DNA from: a virus
Lineage: Duplodnaviria; Caudoviricetes
Length of the DNA: 64,000 nt
Direction: 5' to 3' (one strand)
IMG/VR virus record: IMGVR_UViG_2563367173_000002
Span: 32,001 to 96,000 of that record
The notes under the pieces were generated by a model. That model did not search any database. It worked only from the letters and a program-made list of their open reading frames with translations, and was not told the DNA's origin. The translations under genes were made by a program, and so were the position numbers. Numbering within the stretch: the first letter of the stretch is position 1; each line of letters begins with the position of its first letter. Positions 56,648 through 64,000 of this stretch are shown piece after piece.

Positions 56648-56869
56648 TTATTCCACTCTGCAACCATTTGAAAATTCAAAACCAGAAAAATATTTTGCTC
56701 CTAGTTGCTCAGCAAATCGCTCTAATTCTTCCTGAGTAAATTTACCGCGTTTTAATCTCTGTGAAAAAGCAGATTGTGAATAACCGCATCTCCGACCTAA
56801 CTCAGTAACCGTTATCCCCGCCATTGCACAAGCTGATTCAATCTTTTGCTTAATAGTGATTTTCCTCAC
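56648..56869 (-). CDS. Xre-family HTH regulator
   Basis: GITVTELGRRCGYSQSAFSQRLKRGKFT. Confidence 0.8.
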   Translation of the reverse strand: MRKITIKQKIESACAMAGITVTELGRRCGYSQSAFSQRLKRGKFTQEELERFAEQLGAKYFSGFEFSNGCRVE

Positions 56870-56951
56870 CTCCCTATTTAGTCAAGCCTTTTTTCCTTGA
56901 AAATCAAGGATTTTTCGATATACTATCAATAAATATCTCAGAAGAAAGAGC

Positions 56952-58519
56952 CATTGGTATGGGCATTTCTCTGTATCTGGTACGAAAATAGCTGGTTCTG
57001 GGTACACGAAGTAAAACGTCTTGCTTTTCCGTTCTACATGGCCTTGTGTATACCCATCCATCTATGGCAGCGCACCTCCCGTGTCTACCAGGATCTCCTC
57101 CATTTCTGTAGGGTCCTAACTTCCTTCGTCCCGCCTGTCCATATCCAGGGTGTCAGCTTAGCTCCTTGTCAGGGTCATGCCCTATGGTGATCATTCCTGC
57201 CGACTACTGGCTCATTCTTTTTCTTAAGTCTTACTGACCTCTTCTGTATGTTCCACAAACCAGCACCTTGTGGTGGACGTTTTCCCGGCCCGTTTCTCAT
57301 ACATTTCAGCTTTCCTGACACAGCTGAATTCAGCTCTCAGATCTGTTTTCTAAAGGCTCAATTCAACTGTGACAGGGGTATTACATGTTTTCTCTCTGCT
57401 TCTTATGCTGCCTGCATCTGCGGCCTCTTGATGTCTCTCATCAGTTTCTCTGCATCATAATCTACACCTTTTGTAAGGATTACGTAGAATACCCTTATAA
57501 CCTTGCAGGCTACAGCAACCACTGACTGCATCTTTTTCAGCGGATTTTCCTTCCGGCCCCGATAATACTCATGTATTTCTCGGAACTGTTCATTCTTTCC
57601 AATCAGCGATATCGCTGCCTCATAAAGCACATATCTCAGTCGCTTCCGTCCACGGTAACTGATCCGGCTTTCTCCGTTATGCTTGCCGGACTCGTTCGCC
57701 ACGATTGCATATCCCGCCAGTTTCTGCAGTTGTTTGGGATTATCAAAACGTCCGATGTCCCCCACTTCTGCTATAAAACCGCTGACTGTAATCAGACCGA
57801 TCCCTTTGATCGCCATCAGTTTATCAATATATGGGATCTCCTTTAGTTTTTCTTCTATACTCCAAAGCAGTTCCTCTAGCCTTGACGCATATACCTCCAG
57901 GTCATTCAGCAGATTTTTTAATTCGATTCTTGCTGCTTCCGTCCCTTCCTTACTCCCAATGCTATGTTCTGCGGCTGATACCAGGGCCTTTGCCCTCTTC
58001 ATTCCAGCGCCTCTCAGCTTTGCATCTCTCCAGATCTGGTTCACCCCTTCTACCCCGAGCTTTACGATATCCTCCGGCAACGGAAATTCCTTCAGCACCA
58101 TTCTGCCGCTGTCCTGCAGGAATTTCCCTAACGCAAACCAGTAATGTCCAGTCGGCTCCATTCCGGGAATCACAGCAGTTTTGCCATACTTTTCTGAGAG
58201 ATCTTCCATCCATGCTTTCAATGTCAGGAATCCCGCTTCCGTATTACTGAATTCTAACGGTTTTTTGCTATACTCATAATTCCTCCAGTCGAAAGCTCTG
58301 GCATAATGAGTTTCACTTCCGACATCAATACCAACTATCAAAGTTTTTTCAGTAATGGATGCAATTTTTGCGTTCTGTGTGTTATAATTCATTTCAGATA
58401 CCTCTCTGTTCAATAAGATTTTTACTAACCTCCAAAGTCAGTAATCTTATTTTACTCTGAGGTATTTTTTTCTCAACCTTCTTTCTTGGAATTCCCTATA
58501 CTTGAATTATACAGGAAGC
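56952..58519 (-). mobile_element. IS110-family element (ends approximate)
   Basis: Sharp GC rise, transposase gene, about 450-nt non-coding region 3' of the gene. Confidence 0.8.
57403..58392 (-). pseudogene. IS110 transposase with in-frame internal deletion
   Basis: GIDVG and GMEPTGHYW are present, then QDSG joins RMVLKE with no VNP or KxDxxD motif; C-terminal IKGIG...ESG...GRKRLR intact. Confidence 0.8.
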
Positions 58520-58521
58520 TC

Positions 58522-58716
58522 CTATTCTTTTATTCTGTCAATCTCAGTTAAATTAACGCCTGCAACATTAAGAAAACTTTTAAGGTACAAATATTCTTCT
58601 TTCAAGCCTTCATATGTTTTAGTAGCATTTTCTTCTTTAGCTGTTAACATATGTCTTTGAATTTTTACGAAGTCTTCCATAGCTTTTTGTGTAATCTCTA
58701 AATTTGTATTTGGCAT
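58522..58716 (-). CDS. small hypothetical protein
   Basis: 64 aa, SD AAGGAG. Confidence 0.65.
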   Translation of the reverse strand: MPNTNLEITQKAMEDFVKIQRHMLTAKEENATKTYEGLKEEYLYLKSFLNVAGVNLTEIDRIKE

Positions 58717-58847
58717 ATGATTACGCTCCTTTTTCCTTTTCTATTATTATATCAGATTATTACCCATTTTCAAGACTCAAATCATACAATAAGATGATAC
58801 CATTTGAACGAATATCATCTGCAAAAAACTCTATCCGCTTAAACATC

Positions 58848-59213
58848 GTAAACGGTAAAACATGAGTACCTATAAAACGGGAGAAAACCTGTATTATAAT
58901 AGCAGGTTTGCTTTGATTCTTATTTCATTTCAAATTTATTGGACTTCCGGCAATACTCCGAGAAATTCGGTGACCATGGGAGCAGGTCATCGTTCTGCAA
59001 TTACTTCATGCTTTAAATATGACATAAGTATACACCCCACTTTCAAAACAGATTCGATTTTTCAAAGCCATGTATAGAAACTGTGAAAACTAATGTGCAG
59101 TTTTCATTGTAGCTATTGAAACTGGAAATGACTTTGAAAACTATAATCGATTCTCAAAGCCATTATACAGTAATCTTTTATTTTATGCACGGTATCCACT
59201 ATTTACCGTTTAC
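58848..59213 (-). mobile_element. non-autonomous mini-IS66 (366 bp)
   Basis: Terminal IRs GTAAACGGTAAA...TACC; tnpA start (MSYLKHEVIAER) fused to tnpC end (DDLLPWSP). Confidence 0.8.
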
Positions 59214-59343
59214 TTTATTAGTAAATGATTGTCTGCTAATTCCTAGAACATTAGCAAGTTCTACTTGTGTAATTTTTCTTTCTTCATCTTCACAATCCAT
59301 CAAAATTTTCTATATTATATTTGCAAATATTTCTATTGCTCCC

Positions 59344-59616
59344 CTATTCATCAAACAAATCTGAATGTGTACCTGTCCTGGAAAGCTCTAAATACTCGCC
59401 ATTATAACGGTAAATCAACAACCAATTCGGCGCAATATGGCATTCTTTAAATCCTTTATAATTCCCTTTTAATTCATGATCCTGATTCTTTATAGGTAAC
59501 ACTGACGGAAATGCTAATATAGCCACAACGGATTTTAACAAATTCATATTAAGTCCACGTTTGAGACATCTTTTATAGTCTTTCTTGAACTGCCCAGAAT
59601 CTTTTACTTTTAATAT
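59344..59616 (-). CDS. yafQ: YafQ (RelE family) toxin; apparent ATA start
   Basis: QFKKDYKR, DHELKGNYKGFKECHIAPNWLLIY, RTGTHSDLF. Confidence 0.88.
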   Translation of the reverse strand: MLKVKDSGQFKKDYKRCLKRGLNMNLLKSVVAILAFPSVLPIKNQDHELKGNYKGFKECHIAPNWLLIYRYNGEYLELSRTGTHSDLFDE

Positions 59617-59618
59617 TG

Positions 59619-59825
59619 CTATTCCTCCAGACTGTCCCATAATTCATCAAGTGTATCGAAACATTCGCCTCCACCGTCTTCTAATTCTTTCATGGCTGCT
59701 ATTGTTTCGGCATTTGGTTTTTCGTCTTCTCCTTCAGTCATGCCCTGTAGATAAGCCACAACATAACCTATTTTATAATCAGGTACAATGTCTAAAAGTT
59801 GATACACTTTTTCTCTATCGCTCAT
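59619..59825 (-). CDS. antitoxin with DinJ/RelB-like C-terminus
   Basis: PNAETIAAMKE...FDTLDELWDSL directly upstream of yafQ. Confidence 0.75.
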   Translation of the reverse strand: MSDREKVYQLLDIVPDYKIGYVVAYLQGMTEGEDEKPNAETIAAMKELEDGGGECFDTLDELWDSLEE

Positions 59826-59959
59826 ACAAATACCTTCTTTCCTAATTTATATTTCTATATTGGATTATCATAGCCTTTTAGGTTAATTGTAATACTATAA
59901 AACTTTTATGGAATATTCTTTCATATCAACAATCGTTCTATTATCTATCCTTATTTTAT

Positions 59960-60739
59960 CTATAAATATTTATTTATGAATTCAGATATATTAGTAAAGT
60001 CTCTATCATAGGCTTCATTTTTTATATAGCTTTCATTTTTCCAGCACTTTCCTATTTTCTTCTGTTCTTCATTATCCTTTATTATTAAAAACTTTATTAG
60101 CAATTCATCATAACTGGTACCCTTAGACATTCGGATAAAGAAAATAATCAAAAAAATAATTATTACTACTCCTATTATTATATGGATGTATACTTTAATG
60201 CCATCAATACTAATCATCAAAAAATTAATTGATGAATGCAATTTCATTTCTTTTATTGCATATTTATACAATTGAAGAAAATAAACAGTTATTGTCATAC
60301 TTGCACAAGTATAATATGGATAAAGTTGTGTTGGTATATTACTAAATGTGCTTTTACTAAAATTTTCTTTTTCTCTTATTCCTATCTTTTTTAACATATT
60401 ATTTCTGGATTCCCAATGAATGGGACAATCTTCATAGCTTTCATGAAATACAACAAGATACGAAGATATTTTTCTAATACATAACCAGTAATTAACAGCA
60501 CTTATATAAATAGGCAACACAAACAAAAGAGGTAACAGGACGCAAATAATTGGAAGTGTATCAGAAATTGTAAATAATAATATAGATCCGACTGCTATAT
60601 ACATCATATTTTTTACTTCATGAAGTTTGTTCATATAGTTGACAAGCTCCTCACGCATCATTTTGTATTCTTCAATCCATACCTGATTATATTGAATAGC
60701 GTTGCTATTATCATTTTTTATACTCTTCTTTTTAGACAT
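59960..60739 (-). CDS. multi-pass membrane protein, unknown function
   Basis: EEYKMMREE followed by about four hydrophobic segments; very AT-rich. Confidence 0.65.
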   Translation of the reverse strand: MSKKKSIKNDNSNAIQYNQVWIEEYKMMREELVNYMNKLHEVKNMMYIAVGSILLFTISDTLPIICVLLPLLFVLPIYISAVNYWLCIRKISSYLVVFHESYEDCPIHWESRNNMLKKIGIREKENFSKSTFSNIPTQLYPYYTCASMTITVYFLQLYKYAIKEMKLHSSINFLMISIDGIKVYIHIIIGVVIIIFLIIFFIRMSKGTSYDELLIKFLIIKDNEEQKKIGKCWKNESYIKNEAYDRDFTNISEFINKYL

Positions 60740-61042
60740 TTTTCTTCCCTTTGAAACCAGAATTATTTCTTACACTGTTTAATTATGCTATTATTATATA
60801 TTATTTTCTTTTGATTGAAAAGTGTAAATATTATAGTAAAAGAAAATAATATATAATCAGTTGATATTATTTGACCAGGATCGCCATATCAAGAGAGGAA
60901 TATGCTTTTCCTTCCGCATGATATTTGGTTTATATGATATCATTTTATATTATCACCTGCCTTTTATATGTAAACGGTAGATAGTGCGTACCTATACAAA
61001 ACTGGAGCAAACCTGTAAGATAGAAACAGATTTGCTCCAGTC

Positions 61043-62662
61043 TTATTTCAATTCATTCTTACCAGGCTTCCGGCAGTTCTCCGGCAGGCTTGGTGACCAG
61101 GGGAGCAGGTCATCCAGAAAACTGCGGTCTGTATCATCCAGATGTTTGGGAATCTCAGTAAGCAGAAATTCAAAGTAATCATACGGCTTCAAGTTGTTTG
61201 CTTTTGCAGTTTCCGCAATGCTGTAGATAATGGCGCTGGACTTTGCGCCGGCAATGGTATCGATCATCACCCAGTTTTTCTTGCCGATGCAGAATCCGCG
61301 GATGGACTGTTCCGCAGCGTTATTGTCCATCGGCACTTCGCCATCGTCCAGGAACACTTTCAGGTATTTCTCCTGGTTCAGGGAATAATTGAAACCTTCC
61401 CACGTCTTGCTTTTTTGCGGCACTTTCGGAAGGTTTTCACGAACCCATGTGAAATAAGCCTCCACCAGGGGCTTTACGCTCAGCTGGCGGCGGTTTTTCC
61501 GTTCTTCCGCCGGGAGATCTTTTAACTGTTTTTCCTCCCGGTAGATCGCCTGTATCATGGTCAGCGCAAGATATGCGCGGCTGTCCTTCTGCTTTGCTTT
61601 CGGCAGCGCTTTTACTGCTTCATCAAACCTGCGCCTGGCATGGGACCAGCATCCGGCAATCCTCAGATCTTCGCGTTCACCTTCAATGGTGTGGTAGACC
61701 TGATATCCGTCCGTGACACATACGCCGTTGAAGTCTTTCAAAAACTCTCTGGGATGGCTGGCATTGCGCGTCTTCTGGTATTCATACAGGACAACCTGGC
61801 GTTCTGTGTACATCCGTCCGGTGCGGTATACCCACATGTAACTTTTGCTCCCGGCAGGACGGCCGTCCTTATTCACCAACACGGGCGTCTCGTCTGCCTG
61901 CAGGACGTGGTAGCCGTACAGCTTTTCTTGGAGGTAATCATAGAGGACCGCAAGGTAACGGTCTGCGCACTGGATCGTCCAGTTCGCCATGTTCTGTCTT
62001 GAAATGTGCAGGCCATAACGTTCAAACTCCTGCTCCTGGCGGTAAAGAGGGACGGCATTGACATACTTTGCGTTTATTACCGCTGCCTCCAGCGAAGGGG
62101 AAACAAGGCTCCCCCTTAATAAAGTCTGCGGATGCGGCGCTTTGATGACTTCTTCCGTTTCTTTCCCGGCATAAACCTTTACATGATGTTCTTCCACCTC
62201 GATTTTCGCCGGGGTAAAGCGGTACCTGCGGTACACTTCATCCGGGAGCTGTTTCCAGCCGTCCTTTCCAAATTTATCTTCCAGTTCCCCATCCGTCATG
62301 GAATGTTCCACCACAACTACCGGAATCCCGTCCAGGTCTTCTTCCCGTTTTCCCTGCTTTTTCTTCGGCCTTGTGCGGGAAACGTTCTCCGGCTCCTCTG
62401 TGCTTTCCTCCGCAGCGACAGCTTCAGGTTCGTTAAAGAATACGATCTTCCCATCCACTTCCATGAAGGAAACCTGGCCTTCGGTCTCATGTTTTTCTGA
62501 TGACCTGCCAAACCTGTGCCGTTTTAAATCCGCCATCTGCTCCAGAACAAGCTGGAGCGTATGGTCGATATTTTCAAGCTGCTCCTGCTGCGACAGGAAC
62601 AGCCTGGTAAGCGTTTCCCTGTCAAGACTGTTCAGTTGTTCTTCCGTATATTTTGAGGCCAT
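61043..62662 (-). CDS. tnpC: IS66 transposase TnpC
   Basis: FGRSSEK, QADETP, TDGYQVY, CWSHARRRF, DNNAAEQSIR, LLPW. Confidence 0.96.
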   Translation of the reverse strand: MASKYTEEQLNSLDRETLTRLFLSQQEQLENIDHTLQLVLEQMADLKRHRFGRSSEKHETEGQVSFMEVDGKIVFFNEPEAVAAEESTEEPENVSRTRPKKKQGKREEDLDGIPVVVVEHSMTDGELEDKFGKDGWKQLPDEVYRRYRFTPAKIEVEEHHVKVYAGKETEEVIKAPHPQTLLRGSLVSPSLEAAVINAKYVNAVPLYRQEQEFERYGLHISRQNMANWTIQCADRYLAVLYDYLQEKLYGYHVLQADETPVLVNKDGRPAGSKSYMWVYRTGRMYTERQVVLYEYQKTRNASHPREFLKDFNGVCVTDGYQVYHTIEGEREDLRIAGCWSHARRRFDEAVKALPKAKQKDSRAYLALTMIQAIYREEKQLKDLPAEERKNRRQLSVKPLVEAYFTWVRENLPKVPQKSKTWEGFNYSLNQEKYLKVFLDDGEVPMDNNAAEQSIRGFCIGKKNWVMIDTIAGAKSSAIIYSIAETAKANNLKPYDYFEFLLTEIPKHLDDTDRSFLDDLLPWSPSLPENCRKPGKNELK

Positions 62663-62937
62663 GTTGTTTTCTCCTGGTATCCTGATAGCCTTATTATACC
62701 ATGGATACGGGATTTTTGCGAACCCGGCGCTGCCGGATGCCCGTCATAATGCCTATGGTTTTAACAGCGGATGCTGCCTTTGTACGATGCTGTTTCCAGG
62801 ACCCTTTTCGGGAGGAAACAGCATGTCTGCGTCCATCCCGGGCCCTTTTATGGTGTGCAGCGTGGTTGTGCAGGAATAAGGCAGGACATTTTTTTCAGCA
62901 GGAAAACCGTCTGAAAATTTCTCCGTTTTGCACAAAA

Positions 62938-63300
62938 TCATCCCATGTATTCCGGCGGTTCCACCGGCCTGACCGATTTCTTCGGGGTGATCGTCAGCCC
63001 TTCCATCAGCCATCGGAACTGCTGCGGCGTTAATTCACGTACATCCTCTGGGGTGCGCGGCCACTGGAAGCGGCTTTCCGAAAGCCGCTTGTATAACAGG
63101 AGCCAGCCGTCCCCTTCCCATACAAGTCCCTTGATGCGGTCTGTGCGCCTCCCGCAGAAAAGATAGAGGGTATCCGGGACATATGGCCTGTTCCCGGTCT
63201 GAGCTTCCACGAGTGCCGCCAGCCGGTCCATCCCAGCGCGCAGGTCGGTGTAGCCGCAGACAATGTAGACGGCTTTAAAGCAGGTTGCGTCATTGAGCAT
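62938..63300 (-). CDS. tnpB: IS66 accessory protein TnpB
   Basis: CGYTDLRAGMDRLA, LFCGRR, LYKRL...FQWP. Confidence 0.93.
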   Translation of the reverse strand: MLNDATCFKAVYIVCGYTDLRAGMDRLAALVEAQTGNRPYVPDTLYLFCGRRTDRIKGLVWEGDGWLLLYKRLSESRFQWPRTPEDVRELTPQQFRWLMEGLTITPKKSVRPVEPPEYMG

Positions 63301-63664
63301 TCCGCACCACCTCCAGGACTGCCGCAAGCAGCGACATGGGTGTGGATTCCGTTACGTGGATGGAAAAACTGTTTACAGAGATGGAAAGCCCCTGCTGTAT
63401 ACCGCTGCCGCTTTGTGTTTCCTGCTGTAGCAGACAGGTGTTTACCGGGACAATCTGCTGCATCGGAGCCTCTGGAGCAAGGGATTCCAGACACGCTTCC
63501 CTTACGCGGCGCAGTCTGTAATAATAGTTTGCTTTCGTAATGCCGTGGCCGGCACACCAATCGACAACACTCATGCCTGCGGGACGGTTCTGGCACTCCC
63601 TGATCTGCTCCGCCCACTCTTTTAAACGGTATTGTACAGCCACTGCTGTTGTTGCTGAGTTCAT
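63290..63664 (-). CDS. tnpA: IS66 accessory protein TnpA
   Basis: W...I...GMSVVDWC...YYYRLRRVR. Confidence 0.9.
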   Translation of the reverse strand: MNSATTAVAVQYRLKEWAEQIRECQNRPAGMSVVDWCAGHGITKANYYYRLRRVREACLESLAPEAPMQQIVPVNTCLLQQETQSGSGIQQGLSISVNSFSIHVTESTPMSLLAAVLEVVRNAQ

Positions 63665-64000
63665 AGACTTACCTCCGTATAACGGTATCAAAAGTTAAGG
63701 CTTAACTTTTAATACTTATGATAGAAATATAGCCTATTGTCACACACTTTGCCCTCATAGTCGAGGTACGTACTATCTACCGTTTACTTTTATATTTTGA
63801 ATATTAAAATATTATTTTGATTATTTATTGGTTTACTACTTTTTTGAAAAACAAAATAAAAAGCACTAACAATGGTAGAATTGTTAATGCTTTTGCATAT
63901 ATGAAAGATTCTTATTAATATGGATATTCTTTTGGTGAAACTGCGGCTGATGGAATCATTTCCTTTAGATAAGTGCCACGTCCGTAATCTCTCCCAAATT

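Larger units (their letters stand above)
1..56869. mobile_element. large temperate phage / prophage segment (early, accessory and immunity region); boundaries not determinable
   Basis: Dense co-oriented small ORFs, phage-type MTases, helicase, radical SAM and Thg1, a DGR, an Xre plus ImmA pair and a tyrosine recombinase; no housekeeping genes. Confidence 0.85.
60970..63787 (-). mobile_element. IS66-family element, intact
   Basis: 24-bp IRs (23 match) starting GTAAACGGTAGATAGT; 8-bp target duplication TTTTATAT at 60962-60969 and 63788-63795. Confidence 0.97.

Noticed and set aside
60752-60767. TGAAAccagaaTTATT (and TGAAAgataatGGACA at 19676) as further junction motifs
   Set aside because: Right arm too degenerate to distinguish from chance
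61142-63617. Extra ORFs overlapping the IS66 genes, and similar ones inside IS110
   Set aside because: Alternative-frame ORFs expected in GC-rich IS DNA

Overview
AT-rich segment that reads as the early/accessory arm and immunity region of a large temperate phage or prophage of a Firmicute (Clostridia-like host is inferred from gene content). From 1 to about 50 kb there is an almost unbroken minus-strand run of small phage genes plus nucleic-acid enzymes: three DNA methyltransferases, a PAPS-reductase-like protein, a SNF2 helicase, two radical SAM enzymes, a CCA-adding enzyme, Thg1, DHH, HD, macro, SLOG, and DUF262/ParB-like proteins. Short plus-strand morons and small-RNA-like units interrupt this run. 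A complete diversity-generating retroelement lies at 34.1-36.6 kb (target, Avd, TR, RT; TR and VR differ at 15 of 82 nt, all at TR adenines) and diversifies a protein outside any structural gene module. The most striking unexplained signal is a 16-bp imperfect palindrome, TGAAA-N6-(T/A)TT(C/T)A. It occurs more than 20 times, almost always at gene junctions, brackets single genes, morons and the DGR like cassettes, and has a further copy just upstream of a tyrosine recombinase, which suggests an integron-like cassette system. Other notable items are three tandem FETNSSS-motif proteins next to a radical SAM enzyme, a LAGLIDADG endonuclease that displaced and replaced the 5' end of thg1, CGCCAA-loop small RNAs, tandem NrdR-like boxes, and a sigma-factor/DUF262 fusion. 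The 46-64 kb end holds an ImmR/ImmA-like switch, many decayed HTH genes, MazF, Uma2, the recombinase, a YafQ toxin-antitoxin pair, an internally deleted IS110, a mini-IS66 and an intact IS66. No virion structural genes, tRNA, rRNA or CRISPR array were seen. All calls come from reading motifs by eye; no database searches were run.
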